NCBI RefSeq assembly: GCF_009914755.1
Contig: NC_060939.1
Origin: the human T2T-CHM13v2.0 reference genome, Homo sapiens
Reading direction: 5' to 3' (one strand)
DNA: 64,000 nucleotides
A model generated the notes under the pieces. The model saw nothing but the letters and a program-made list of their open reading frames with translations. It did not search any database and was not told the DNA's origin. The position numbers and the translations under genes were made by a program. The stretch's first letter is position 1; each line of letters opens with the position of its first letter. Below are positions 25,167-43,886 of the stretch, one piece after another.

Positions 25167-25339
25167 GAATCTAGGTTTTAAGGATAATTTGTAAAACCTA
25201 AATAGCTACATAATTTCTTAAGCAATTATTACCATTTTTGTGTTATATGAACATGATCTATCTAGCACACTGTTAGTTCATTTTCAATTAGTTTCCTCAT
25301 TCAAAATAAAACAAATTCAAATTTTATTTTAAAATAGAA

Positions 25340-25345
25340 TTTATT
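25340..25345 (-). terminator. SPPL2A: Distal polyadenylation signal AATAAA of SPPL2A
   Basis: TTTATT on the + strand. Downstream on the minus strand is TTTGAATTTGTTTTATTTTG (U/GU-rich). Confidence 0.7.
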
Positions 25346-26125
25346 GAATACCATAGTATATTAAATACATAAAAAATTGTTTTTCTTGTCAGTATTGGCA
25401 CATAATGATAAAGTACTGCTAAATTAACACTTCAAAAATTTCAAATTTTAAAACATTCCATAAAAATATAAAGCCTAGTAGTGTTATAAAAGTATTAATT
25501 TACACTAACTTACATATCAAAGTGTTAAAAAAGAAATTCCACACTCAAACCAATTATCTGAGAAGTAAAAATTCAATCATGTTTTAAAAAATGTTTTCAT
25601 TTGAACAAAATGCAACAGAAGGTATAAAACAGGCAAAAATTACCTAATTTACATTGACTTGTCCTACTAGAAAATGTTGCAGGTTAACTTTAGACATTAA
25701 AAAGATTCATATTCCAAAGGAATAGAAAAGCTGTTTGCAATACTTTTTATGCCTAATCAAAGAACCACATAATGACATTTTGTGGGTTGCTCCTTAATTG
25801 CCAGTAATGGAGGACTACTATAAAAATTTAGTTTTAAAAATAATTTTTCTCCCAATGAACATTTTTATATGCAGAGGCTGTCCTCAATATGGAAAGATTA
25901 AACGAGGACATTTATACTTATGATCTTCACTATAATATGGCCTATATATTACCCTGTCAATTTTTTTTCACTCTGAAAATTCAGTAATCTAGCATATGAG
26001 TATTACAGTAGAGGATCAAATTCCAAAAGGTTGAGTAATTTGATTCAGATCTCTTGAATTTACAGAGTACTTTTCCTCCAGGAAATGTATAAAGTTATTT
26101 ATTTTATGTTATATATCTATATTTC

Positions 26126-26242
26126 TTTGAGATGGCATCTTGCTATGTCACCTAGGCTGGAGTGCAGTCACTATTCACAGACACAATCACAGCTCACTAC
26201 AGCCTCAAACTCCTGGGCTCAAGGGACCCTCCCATCTCAGCC
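26126..26242 (-). mobile_element. FAM-like fossil Alu monomer
   Basis: gagatgg...ggagtgcagtcactattcacagacacaatc, retaining the 7SL-derived ctattcacag segment. Confidence 0.7.
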
Positions 26243-26365
26243 AGTACATTCCATTGTACTGGTCTACACTGAATTCCATTCAATTGTAGACTGAAGTACA
26301 GTTTTTGTTTTTGAAATTTCATTGGTTAAGATCAGGCTGAAATTTTAGAGATTAAGCCTAAATAA

Positions 26366-26716
<351 letters not shown>

Positions 26717-26754
26717 TTAGTTCAAATATTTTTTATTCAAATGTAAAATATGTC

Positions 26755-26895
26755 TATAACTCAAAGGATAAATGCTTGAGGGAATGGATACCCCATTCTC
26801 CATGATCCGCTTATTTCACATTGCATACCTGTATCAAAACATCTCATGCACTCCATAAATATATACACCTACATGTACCCACAATTTTTAAAAAT
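26755..26895 (+). mobile_element. L1 3'-end fragment
   Basis: ggataaatgcttgagggaatggataccccattctccatg...gtatcaaaacatctcatg...acatgtacccac. Confidence 0.8.
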
Positions 26896-27117
26896 GTAAA
26901 AATAGTAATTTTTGCTTATACTAAAGCATAAATTGAAAGAGCAAAGAAAACTGGAAAGCTCATTTGTATTTATTATAAATGTATCAATTCACTAAAATCT
27001 CTATGGACAAGTAAAATATAAGAATGCCAATAGCAGATGGGTTAAAATTCTCTTTAAAAGAGAAATAAATTGCAGATTCTACTAAGGAATTGCTAATCTA
27101 AAAAAAAATCTACAAGT

Positions 27118-27419
<302 letters not shown>

Positions 27420-28117
27420 TCTACAAGCTAGAAGAAAATATAATGTATTAGAATATCAAGGTCTTTCCCCACAAGCCTCACATTTATTTTTGCTAAACTA
27501 AACTGAGACAAAAGTAATCTACATTACAATTTGAGATAGTGATTTCTGTTGATAAGCCACAAAAATGTTCAAAGGGATTTTCTAACTTTTTTTTTTTTGC
27601 ATCAAGAATTAATAAATACAGTGTATCATTATTTTAAAGACATGTTTAGGGAAAAAACCAGCTTCTCTTCCCCTTAAAGTTATTGGTGGTGGGAGGGCAA
27701 GAGAGGAAGAGATGGCAGCTTTTTAAGTGAAATTTTAATCTTATCTATCTTTTGTTCATTTTGAGTCCCCAAATAAAATATTTCTGTACTTTAATTTCTT
27801 AATCACTATTGTCAGCTTGGTTGCTACACATTTAATTACAATATAAAGTTGACATTGAGGATGAAGAAACTTAATTATACTTTTTCTTATTTCTATTTAA
27901 CCAATAAGATTTTAATAGCAAATTAGAACAAGATTTTACCTCCTTAATAACTAATGGTTAGATAAAGTAGAATTTGTATCAAGTAACTCGGATTTCAGAT
28001 TTCTGGATGTACCAGTTACTATGCTACTGAGGAGATACATCTAGTTGATGAAGTTAAAATATTAATTACTACTCCAGTTATATGAAACCAAATTATTTTG
28101 AGAAATTATCTTATTTT

Positions 28118-28410
<293 letters not shown>

Positions 28411-29152
28411 GAAATTAATTATCTCATTTCGATGTAGTAAAAAAAAAATTTTCTTTAACATTCTTCATAAAATGTGATTAAGGCTATTAAATATAAAGCT
28501 TGGATGAGGGTGCAGATAATTTTACAAAACAGCTGTATTTTGGCAAATATTTTATTATTATAAATGAAAATACAGAGTTTTAAAACGGCACTTAATCTGT
28601 TCTCTCTCTCAGAGTCTGCCAAATAAATCAGATTTCTTGGAAAATATTCAAACTTGATACAATGGAGGCAAAATTAACTCTTGTCAGGTAAGTCATTTGC
28701 CATAAACGAAAGGACCCATAACTGCATTAAGCAGAGAGGGACTGACTGTCAATGAAGCTTCTCTATTTGCAATTTATTCAGCAAAAGCGAACAATTTTTA
28801 AAAAGTCTCTAATGCAAAATTTAGTTCAAGTATCAAAGGTCTGATCAATTTTAAAAGGCATTAGTTTTATTTTTAATAAATTGAACTGGCCTTAGATGAA
28901 AGATATAGTTCTGTTCACATATTTTATACATTATTTACAGAGAAATGAAAAATCCTGCTGCCTTTGTTATCACTTGTCATTTGCGAAATTCTTACTAAAA
29001 TAAAAGAAAATGGAAAGATAATTTGACCTCTGACTTCCAGGAGAATGTTCAGGCCACATCTAAAATTTACCAAAGAATGGGGAAAAAACTTTTTTCAAGT
29101 TGGAAGGTACCAGAGTGATTAGCTGGTCTAACCTACTCATTTTACAGATTAG

Positions 29153-29507
<355 letters not shown>

Positions 29508-30121
29508 TCAACTCTTCCTTGTATTGTAATTAAACTGAGACTAACACCAAGTCTCTTGCTGTTGTTGCCAATTCTTTTCTCTGAACCGCACTTTGTACAT
29601 CCTCCACCAAGATTAAGAATCATTACCTATGGGAAAAGGGGTGGGCATCAGGAAGAAAAAAAGATAACGGGTGGGAGTGGGGGAATGTGGGATAATGTTA
29701 GGAATGCTGTATTCAACGATGAGCCATATGTATTAATACATAATTTCTTAAGAAAAATAATTTTTTTAAAAAATCAAACCTTAACATTAACAGAACCAAA
29801 TTGCAAAGATCAGAAATACCAAAGTGAAACTGAATGTTAGTACTGAAATTTAAGCTACATTTAAAAAAAAAAGGCTGTCAAACCAATGAAAACTAGATTT
29901 CAGTGTCTGTCTCCTTTTAGTGACTAGTTCTATATATTATGTTTCTCTATATCTGGAAAAATGTTCTTAATATAATACACGTGCAGTCTGAAGTAATTTC
30001 AGTTCTCAAGTTTATGAAAGGATTGGGTTTAAAAAAATACTACAAAAATATGCACTTATATTTCCAAAATTATGTATTTCTAACCTCTGCAGTGATATAA
30101 GGTCCAAATTTTCACCGTTGA

Positions 30122-30472
<351 letters not shown>

Positions 30473-30648
30473 AATTTGCATAATTCTTTACAGTAAAACC
30501 CATTCAGAAATAGTAACTACTTGTATCTACCATCAGAGCTGAAAGAAACAGATTTCGTTAAAAAAAAGTATAGGGGTGGGTCAAGGCATTTTTTTTTAGA
30601 AAAATATACTGTATATAGTACATCTCGGAAACTACACAGACCATATGT

Positions 30649-30658
30649 TTTATTTAAT
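30649..30658 (-). terminator. SPPL2A: Proximal polyadenylation signals (overlapping ATTAAA/AATAAA) ~200 nt after the SPPL2A stop
   Basis: Minus strand reads ACATTAAATAAAACATATGGTCTGTGTAG. Confidence 0.6.
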
Positions 30659-30855
30659 GTGAAGGCACAACTTTAACATTAAAAGCAAAGCGTTTTAGTT
30701 ATTTATGATGTAACTGTCAGTACCAGCTCATAAAAATATATTTTTGCAAGCATATCATTGAAGACTCTTTCAGATTGTCAATTCAAAAGTCAATTTAAAA
30801 AGTCGAAGTCTATTTGTAGAAAATCAATGACACATTATAGCAGTTCCACATAATA

Positions 30856-30930
30856 TTATTGCTGGACAATCTGTTCACCAGATATCACAGGGTTTTCTTC
30901 ATTTGTTGCACAATCCAAATGGTCCATCAT
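30856..30930 (-). CDS. SPPL2A: SPPL2A exon 15 (last coding exon): MMDHLDCATNEENPVISGEQIVQQ*
   Basis: cctag|ATGATG acceptor, 75 nt to TAA. Matches the SPPL2A C-terminus. Confidence 0.96.
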   Translation of the reverse strand: MMDHLDCATNEENPVISGEQIVQQ

Positions 30931-31500
30931 CTAGGCATAAATAAAAGACGTTAGGAAATGCAAAATTTCAACTTGCCCCCAATATTCACTACATTAGCAA
31001 AAGGATTCTTTTTCTAAAAAACACAGATTGCTCTATGAAACTGAGCACTCCTTCTGGAGCACTGTTCTGGTTCAACATCCACACTTCTAAGGAGATAGTC
31101 AGGGTGACACTGAACCTCTCAGGAAGCCTAATCACATGACTCAAAGCCAATTTGTGTTCTCTGGATCTTCCGTTATCTCCATTTCCCAATATGAATACTG
31201 CCCTTCATGGCAGTGAGAACTCCAGAACAAAAGGAAGATATTCCTGACACTTATTCCAGGACACTATTCCAGGCAGTGTCCAATCATACAAATGGGAAAA
31301 CTAAAAATGGCCTCATGAGTCACTGTGAGAATACCTGCTGACTCTGGGACAGTGTGATATTATTGACACCTTGAAATAACCGTAAGATAATTTAAACTTT
31401 GGAAACATTATAATAATTTCTACAAAAAATGAACTTGAGGTCATATGATATCTGAAAACAAAACCAAGAATACATTTGCTAGGCCGGGCGCAGTGGCTCA

Positions 31501-31788
<288 letters not shown>

Positions 31789-31923
31789 CTATTTTAAAGA
31801 AATTATCAGCTGGGCACGGTGGCTCATGCCTGTAATCCCAGCACTTTGGGAGGCCGAAGTGGGTGGATCACGAGATCAGGAGATCCAGATGGTCCTGGCT
31901 AACACAGTGAAACCCCGTTTCTA

Positions 31924-32115
<192 letters not shown>

Positions 32116-33318
32116 TTAAACTTTTCTCAAATGGTCACTTCAGCTCTGCCTATATTCTCATAAAAAATTGTCTTATATTTGGAAATGAAGGATGAAGAAA
32201 CTGTTTAAATGCTTTCAGTGTTTCAGCAACTCAAATACAATTACTAAAAATAGAAAAAAGTATTTAATGCCTTTGTGAAGACTGTTAAAGACTTTTAGAC
32301 TAGTGATTAAATTTCAGTATTGCGATGCACTTTTTTCCTTTCCTTCATCAAGAATTAGAAGAAGGAAAGATCAGCAAGATAAATGTTCCTATTTTTGAAA
32401 AGTGGTTCTGAAGGCTTTAGTGTTTTTTGGAAGAAGAACAAGAGGGTGGAATCATCTTGAAACAGGGTCTCTTGACTTGCCAGGCAGAAAGAATACAACG
32501 TGAGCTAAGGCTTTTGGCTGACAACTGTCTCAACTAATGGAGACAGCTTACAAAATCAAAACCTGGGCCGGGCGCGGTGGCTCACGCCTGTAATCTCAGC
32601 ACTTTGGGAGGCCGATGCAGGTGGATCACGAGGTCAGGAGTTCGGGACCAGCCTGGCCAACATGGTGAAACCCTGTCTCTACTAAAAATACAAAAATTAG
32701 CCAAGCGTGGTGGTGCGCCTGTAATCCCAAACCTACTCGGGAGACTGAGGTGGGAGAATTGCTTGAACCTGAGAGGCAGAGGCTTTGCTGACCCAAGATC
32801 GCGCCACTGCACTTCAGCCTGGGCAATAGAGAGAGAGACCCTGTCTCAAAAAAATAAAAAAAATAAAAAAATAAAAAACCTGCTGATACTCTACAAGCCA
32901 TTTCAAGACCCAAAACCATTTTGAGGTCTTCTAATTGCCAAAGATATCCCCTAGATTTAAGGTCACTAGTTTGTAGCAATTCTAAGGGGAAAAAAACAAA
33001 AGCCAAATCAAGACAGATAACATTAAGCAGTTCACTACATGAAACATAAGATGAAGATGTTGAACATTTAATTTTAGTCAATTTAAATGAAGAGGGGAAA
33101 GGAAAAGTATGTAAGATATATTTAGGCCCCTCTTCTTCTAGGAATTTAAAAGTTCTGGGTCTAAGAGATTAGGGCTGTGTAGAGAGAAAATTGAAGCAGC
33201 CTCAGCAGAATGGATGGTGGAGAAACCCTCTTTCTTCCCCACGATCTGCTTACCCTGGCAACTGTAATCTAATGAAATGATAGCCCACATACCCTAAATT
33301 ATAACATGCTTCCCTGGT

Positions 33319-33354
33319 GCCTCGTTAGCACAGTAGGTAGTGAGTCAGTCCCAT
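33319..33354 (+). pseudogene. 5' half of elongator tRNA-Met(CAT), a tailless retropseudogene-like fragment
   Basis: gcctcgttagcacagtaggtagtgagtcagtcccat matches recalled GCCTCGTTAGCGCAGTAGGTAGCGCGTCAGTCTCAT at 32/36 and stops at the anticodon. Confidence 0.8.
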
Positions 33355-34232
33355 CTAACTTGCCTCTTCTTTCCTAATCCCCAGGTACCTCACTGGCACT
33401 ATATAATCTAATCCCTGAACATAGAAATATATTAATTAAAAAAACCACTTTCAAAGTCAACTTATTGAGAAGTAAGCATCTCTATTCCCTATTTACTTTT
33501 CTTTACTGACTTTCCAATAAAAACAATACAGAAACATAAAGAACAAAGTTTTAAAAAATATGACAATAAATTAACATAAATAATACAATTAATTGACAAA
33601 ATTGCCAAACATTTTCATCATATTTGGAAACAGGAAAGCTTGATTTGGAAAGATGGGCTCTGAAATCAGATCAGCTAACCTGGCATTTTCTGATAGCTCT
33701 GCTTGCTTATAATTGAACCAATCTCCAGAAATAGTCTAATAAAACACTCATTAATGCAGGGTAACTGGAGACTTGCTGATACTAAAGCAGAGTTGTTCTA
33801 ACTTATCTCTGTATTCTGACTTGTCAGTTACAGCTTGTGACTTCTAAAAATAATGAGAAGTACTAGTGACATTTAACAGACACAACTCACTGTTTACTGG
33901 GTATCACAAACTGAAAACTTACTACCTGCCCAGAGAAAAATAGCCCATTGGATATTGCTGCACAAATTTAACTCCACTTATTTCATTACAGAAGCAAAAA
34001 ATATCCCCTAAAATGATGACTCCTTTTCATTGTGCTATATGCCAAAGTAATTATGACTCTGCTTGATTTTTCTCTTCTGAGAAAAAAGTATCTTTATTTG
34101 CTTTATACTAATTAGAACTAAGACTTCACATAAAATCAAATAAGTGGGTCTGAGTACTGTAGCTCTTGAAGCATTCCACAAAAAATGTTCATAGGAAATA
34201 CAGTGTAACTAGTTTTGGGCTGTAGAAAATAA

Positions 34233-34632
<400 letters not shown>

Positions 34633-35668
34633 TAAGGGCTGAAAGACTCGAAGTAAGATCCTGAAGTATTTCAATAAGGTCTCCAAGTTACAAGTGAGGT
34701 ATAAGTTGCCCCCTAAAAACAGCATGGAAAGACTGCCAGGGGTACCTGGACATTTAAAGAGTCTCCAGTGAAAAGTCCTGCTTTTTACTACCAATAATCT
34801 TGCACTCAACTCTATTATCAGGCATTCGAATGAACCAAATGACTAATAGTATAAACAAATTTGCCTTAGCCTTAGATTGTAACTTTATATTACCTGTTTT
34901 GTCTTTGATTATTTCAAAACAGCAGCAAAAACTTGCAATATTTACAAAAAAAGATTGCACATAAAGACTGTAGAGATACATGTCTAGTTTAATGTTTTAA
35001 AAGTGCCTCACTTTTACAGTGGCATATGACAATTACAGTCATTTTATAAGGGCTGCTGAAATACAATCAGGAAGCTTATACACACATGCAAAAGTAACTA
35101 AAGGCCAGTGGATGAAGGATTGAGCATTAGAGGTGCACTGCATAAAGACTTTCAATAACATTACCTGAGAATTTACAGCATAAAGACTACTGTCATAAGC
35201 ATTGTGGATTCCTAATACGTAACAGCTAATACTTAGTGAGGGAGGCATATATAAATACCTGCACTGCAGGGCAGATGTTAGTAAGTATTTAAAGTACAAA
35301 GTCTAAAAAATTACGGTGAAAGGTAAATGTGATTTTAATTGGAGCGCCTACTTCCTTCTAATTTCTTAGAGATCTGCTTGGAGAAGGCAGAATTTAAGTT
35401 GGGAGTTAAATAGGGATATTCTGGAAATAGAAACTGACAAAGCTTAGGAGATGATGGAGGTTGGGAGAGAGAAGCAAATGATTATTATTACACTGTTAGC
35501 CTAAGAGATGAGCCAGAGCTGACCCTCAGGCCCATCTCACAGTGGAACCATATCAAGTCTCCCTCTGTCTCACCAGGCATGTAGAAGCTCCCCATTCTAT
35601 TTCAGAAGTCTCTGCCTAGCCTTAACAGATTTCAACATCCACCTGCCTCACACCAAGCCTTAAGCTAA

Positions 35669-35977
<309 letters not shown>

Positions 35978-36343
35978 TGATCTGCCCGCCTTGGCCTCCC
36001 AAAGTGCTGGGATTACAGGCATGAGCCATCATGTCCGGCCCCACTATGGATTTCTTATTCCCCTACCTCCCTGTAGATCCAATCTCATTTTATGGATGAG
36101 GAGACAGTCTTCAGAGATTAAGTTATTCGTCAGAACTGATGTCAAAGGCCACAATACACTGTCTCCCACAAATGACAACATTCAAGGTAAGCTAATTTTG
36201 ATTTTAAATGTTGGACATAAACAATGAGAGATTTTCTTTTTAAAAGGGAAATAATTTTGTAAAGGCATTATATTACATAACTTTCAAAAATGCTAGTTTT
36301 CTGAAAAAATACTCTTTCCTGAGTATTTTTTTTTTTTTTTTGA

Positions 36344-36667
<324 letters not shown>

Positions 36668-37527
36668 TGAGCAAATGTCCCTTCCCATATTTCAACATTT
36701 TGTGCATAATGAGAAAAATGACTGAGTCTAAACATAATTTTTTCTCTGCAGCTTGTGATAGCTCAGAATTTGTTCTTTTACGAGTAAGTTAAAGGAAGCA
36801 GATTTAACAAAAACCCAAAGTTTTCATATCCAGACCAGGAAAATGAAAATTTAGTCAATGAGTCGAGAAATAACCAAACCAACAAACAACAAAACAAAAA
36901 ATCCTCACTCCTACAAATAATGATAGCAAATAAATTCACAGCACCTATAAGCAATCTGTAGATATTAACATATTTATTACAGCAACCCTCTGAAATAGGT
37001 TGTTATCCCATTTTACTATGTAGAAAAACTGAGGCACCAAGAAGCTAAGCAACTTGCCCAAGGCTACACAGCTAATAATTAACAAAATTAGAATTCAAAT
37101 TTAGGCAGCCTGGTACTAGACTCTATGCTCTTTACTTCTATGGGTTATTTTGTATTCTGAATGTCTTTACCTAATACAATTACGATACTACACTAGAAAG
37201 TGAGAATTTTATTAACAAAGTTGGCCTATGTTTTTATACGCTTTTAAACAGATTTTCCTACAATCAAATGCCTTACTTAGCTACTATGTTATATGGTAAA
37301 GCTCCTGATGTCTGCCCTCCTGGGGCTATTATTACTTAGTGACTAGCAACAGTGTTCTTTCCCTTTGTAGGTAGCTGCTGTGAAGCAGAGGCAAATTTTT
37401 TTCTCAGGCCAGGAATGGTGGCTCACGCCTATAATCCCAGCACTTTGGGAGGCCGAGGTTGGTGGATCATCGAGGGTCAGGAGTTTGAGACTAGCCTGAC
37501 CAACATAGTGAAACCCCATCTCTACTA

Positions 37528-37686
<159 letters not shown>

Positions 37687-37689
37687 TCA

Positions 37690-38022
<333 letters not shown>

Positions 38023-38041
38023 TCAAGATCATGATTTTTAA

Positions 38042-38173
<132 letters not shown>

Positions 38174-39237
38174 TGAGTAGCTGGGGATTACAAGTGTGTG
38201 CCATCATGCCAGGCTACTTTTTTCTTGTATTTTTAGTAGAGATGCGGTTTCATCATGTTGCCCAGGCTGGTCTCGAACTCCTGATCTCAAGTGATCTACT
38301 AGCCTTGGCCTCTCAATGTGCTGGGATTACAGGTGTGAGCCACCGCTCCCGGCCTAAGAATGAAACTTGGATGGTCCAGGGCAAAGCATTTGTTCACTGG
38401 GAATACAAATGTAGCCCTTGGTTGAAATCTTTCCTTAACTACAATCCTGTGTCAGTAACAATTATGGAAAAAGAAGGAGGAAAGGTGCTAGAATCAACCA
38501 GAGGAAAAAATGTGCTGTAGAATATTTCCAAAGAAATGCAATGTTAATAACTTTATGTATACAACAACTCTAAATATTCAACTATTTCCAGTATGAGTTA
38601 GCACAAAAAGATATGGAAGCTACAAAGAAAGAAACTGTTTACAGTAGCTGCCCGTTAAGGGTGGGGGTGGGGGAAGAATGGTTAGAAAAAGGACTCCCAT
38701 TTTTACTTTAGACACTTTTGTATTGCTTATTTTAAAAACACAAATATGCACTAATTTGTAATTAAGATACAAAAAAGAAAAATTACTAAAATGCAATCAG
38801 TAAAGGTCTATGTAAAAATTTTAGTAAATTAACTACCAATAATATTAACCTACAAGACATTAAAATAGAACAAAGAAGACTAGAATTACTATAATGAACA
38901 TCTTTTCACATCATTTTTGCCCAAATTTTTAATCATTTTCTGAAAATACCTTAAGAGAAATTACTGGGTCAAAGTAAATAACAAAGTATGATATATGCAT
39001 ATAAGGAAATATTATATAGCCATTAAAATAATTTTATAAGGAATTTAAAATAAAATATAAAATGCACTGAAAAAGAAAGAGAACTATTTATAGTATCATT
39101 CACTCGTCTATCCATTTATCCAGAGAAGGCACAGAAGGAAATTCACTTAAACCTTAACTATCTCTAGGTAGTAGGATTATGGGCGGACTTAATTTTCCTC
39201 TTGTATTTTTAAAAAATATTTTCCAAATTTTCTATAA

Positions 39238-39546
<309 letters not shown>

Positions 39547-40990
39547 TAGCCTATAAGCATATATTTTTAATAATAAAATACTTTAAAAGCTGTATGAAAG
39601 GGAAATGAATTTTTTATAAGTAAAAATAAATTCTGACAATGAAAATAACAAGAAACATAATTCTGTAAGACAGCACATGTGCTCTCACTAACAATCCTAA
39701 ATTTCAATTCTAAACTAAACAAAGATTTAATGTCAACTCACAATAAAATTTCCTGATGTTGCTTGTCTTCTTTGTCCTGATTTACAGTTAATCAGATAAG
39801 TACCCCTAATAATAGAAATCTCTTGCTCACAGGCCTGTCCTGAGTCTTTTCTTCTGCCTCTACATTCTCAACTCTTTATTCTGTATGCTAATGGTACTCC
39901 CAATTATCTATCTCTAGCCAGGTCTGTCTCTTGCACATCAGACCTATTTATTCAACTGCCTATTATTTCTCTCTTTGTGGTGATCCAATAGGTACTTCTG
40001 AAATGTTCAAGACTGAATTCATCATCATCTTCCTCAACCCTGTTGCCTTTCCTTCATCACCATCCCCCCACTCAGTTTCCCAATCCAGAAGCCCTGAACT
40101 CTACTTCTTTTCCTCCACCCATACTGACTCCATCATGAGGCCCTATTATGCCTCTAAATTTCTCTTAACTTTGTTCACGTCTTTCCATCTCACTATTTTG
40201 CTAATTTAGGCTTCTATCACTTCTTTTTTGTTTGTGTTTTTGTTTTGAGACAGGGTCTCACTCGCTCTGTTGCCCGGGCTGAGTGCAGTGGTGCAATCAT
40301 GGCCCACTGAAGCCCCTATCTTCCGGACTCAAGCAATCCTCCCACCTCAGGCTCCCGAGCAGCTAGGACCAAAGGCATGTGCCACCACGCCCAGCAAATT
40401 TTTTCTTTTTTGTAGAGACAGGGTCTCACATGTTGCCCAGGCTGCTCTCAAACTCCTGGGGTCAAGTGATCCTCCTGGCTTAGCCTCCCAAAGTGCTGCA
40501 ATTATCAGGATAAACAACCATGTCTGGCCTTCTATCACTTCTTATTGCAATAATTGTCCCCAGTTTTGCTCCCTTAATTTTCTAGATTTCTTAAAACCTT
40601 AAATGGTCTCCAGTGCTTAGTATAGAGTCCAAACTCTTAAATGTGGCTTATAAGATGCTACATACAAGGCTCTCACTCTTGCTTCCTTCTCCAGCTTTCA
40701 TTTCCTGTAACTCCCGTAACCCTCTACTCAGCATTATAGCCATCCTAACCTTCACTGAGTTTCTAGCATGTGCCATGTTCTCTTCCCTCTGAGCCTCGGA
40801 AGACATGGTTCCTTCAACATGGAACACACAGCTCAGTCTTAAAGTCTGGACATAAATTTAATATTCTTTAGAAAGCCCTCCCCAAATCACCTAGGACTCT
40901 TTCCTGAAACCACAAGCACTGGATATCCCATCTATAGTTTTCATGGCACCTGCCGTAACTAATAGGTTTATCACACTTTATTGTTAGTGA

Positions 40991-41239
<249 letters not shown>

Positions 41240-42320
41240 TAGCCAGGATGGTCTCGATCTCCTGACCTCGTGATCCTCCCGCCTCAGCCTCCCAAAGTGC
41301 TGGGATTACAGGCATGAGCCACCGCGACCGGCTAGACTGTAACTTTCAAGAGGTCATGAGAATAGGCCTCTTTCCAACTTGATCATCTTGTATCACCAAT
41401 ACCAAAAATAGTATCCTCTCATAGAATCACTCATAAACATTTGCTAAATGAAGAAATATAAAACCATTAAAAAATGATGTAGAGTACTTTTTGAGATGTG
41501 ATTTTTAGATGTTATTAGCATAGTGTATATCATAGGATACACTTTATTTTTAAAAATCTATAAAAAACCTATGTGAGTGTCATCTTCAATAGAAAAGTTA
41601 AAAGTTACCTTACTAGTTTAGTCAAGGGCATTAGGATCATAAACTAATTCTATGTATAACAGTATAAGTTGAGACAACAGCTTTGTGATGTAGGCAAGAC
41701 AGGTATTATTAGCTTAACCAAATCTCAAAGAAATGTTAAGATTTCCTCAAAAGAATTCTAAACCAGTGTTTTTTCAAATCATAGTAGTCTGTAACTTAAT
41801 GTGTTAACCACCTCTCATTAAGTAACACTATAAATGACATGAAAGACCAAGCACAAGATGGACATGGACTTTGAACTGTTTATCTACTATCAGAGTTTCA
41901 GCCACCCATCCAAAGTGTCTCTCTTTTTGTTCACGTGTCAACTGACACAGAAGCATGAGGGTGGATGGAGGAGAGTGGTAGTTGTAATAGGGGAAAGCAG
42001 AGCTAACTGCCTCACAAAGTGCCTTCATGAAGGGGTCAGTGCCATGGCCCTGACCTCAATAGGCTAGGGTTTCCCAACTCTTCTTAATTTCAATGCAAAC
42101 AGACTTTACTGGAATACCAAGAACATTTAGGGGGAAAAAAAAGAAAAGGCTTTAACTTTAATGAAGAAACCACTCAAGCAAAAGAGACCTTGGTATCAAG
42201 ATTTTCTTTGTTTAGAAATTTTAAAGAAAGCTCAACCTTGATTCACTTAAATCTCAAATGAATGCCCTATCTAGTTTGGTTAGGCCCATTTAGATGCTGA
42301 AGAGGACACTTTTTTTTTGA

Positions 42321-42650
<330 letters not shown>

Positions 42651-42996
42651 TAATGCTTAGTCTCAAAATTAAGTACTTATTTTAAACAACGAATTTTATC
42701 TTTCATGAAGTCTGCTTTTGTGTAGGTTTTGAAAATACATGTTGAAATGCTATTTTGTTTTCCCTGATGTCCTCTGCTGTTTTTTTTTTTGTAGTTTTGT
42801 CTTGAATCACCAGGCTTTTGGCATTAGATTGCAGGGGAGGTCACAAATGATGATTCAATAGGTGGACAGTGAGTAAGGGGGTATTACAGTACTTTTTGGT
42901 ACATAAAAGCTTTGCTACATATAGGCTGTTCCCACCCAAAATCAGTCAGTAAATTAAGCCATAAGATAACTTGGTAACCAAAGTATAAGCACATAC

Positions 42997-43157
42997 CTGA
43001 TAGCTGTTACCTTTCCAGAACTTTTTCATTTCCTTACGTCTCCAGGCAACAACTGAGGCAGTAATAAGTGTGCAAGGTACTAAATAGAGGAGAGCAGGTT
43101 GCCCCTTTTTCATCAGCACCAGAACAACAAATGTAAGTATCATGCCAATAGCATAGG
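42997..43157 (-). CDS. SPPL2A: SPPL2A exon 14: (A)YAIGMILTFVVLVLMKKGQPALLYLVPCTLITASVVAWRRKEMKKFWKGNSYQ
   Basis: ttgcag|CC...CAG|gtatgt, 161 nt. Contains the QPALLY (PAL) motif. Confidence 0.97.
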
Positions 43158-43553
43158 CTGCAAGAAGAATACCAAGCTATAAGTCATTTCTACATGTTAC
43201 CAAAGGTGGGTTTTTTCCTCTGTCATTTATGTACTGGTTTTCAAACATTTCTGAGGATATTTTTGCTCTATGACTTCTTGTAATTTCATCATTTTCCTAG
43301 ATAGGATTAGGAGACATCTTCTATGGAGCTTTTGAAAAATGTGGAAACTGGTTAGCATTTCAATTATTACTAACCTAACCATGTATCATTGATAAGAGAT
43401 AATAATTCATGAGAGCTTCAATTATCTGTTGCTATTAAAGATGTTAAATAGTTTCATATTTTAGATAACTAAATCTGTACCAATAGGTAATATAAGTTGT
43501 TTAAAAAAAATCTTCCTAACACTGATTACATACTTCCTAAGCTTTGTTAATAA

Positions 43554-43886
<333 letters not shown>

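Noticed and set aside
29636-29692. G-run cluster (G4-like) within the SPPL2A 3' UTR span
   Set aside because: G-rich on the + strand, so the mRNA is C-rich and no RNA G4 forms.
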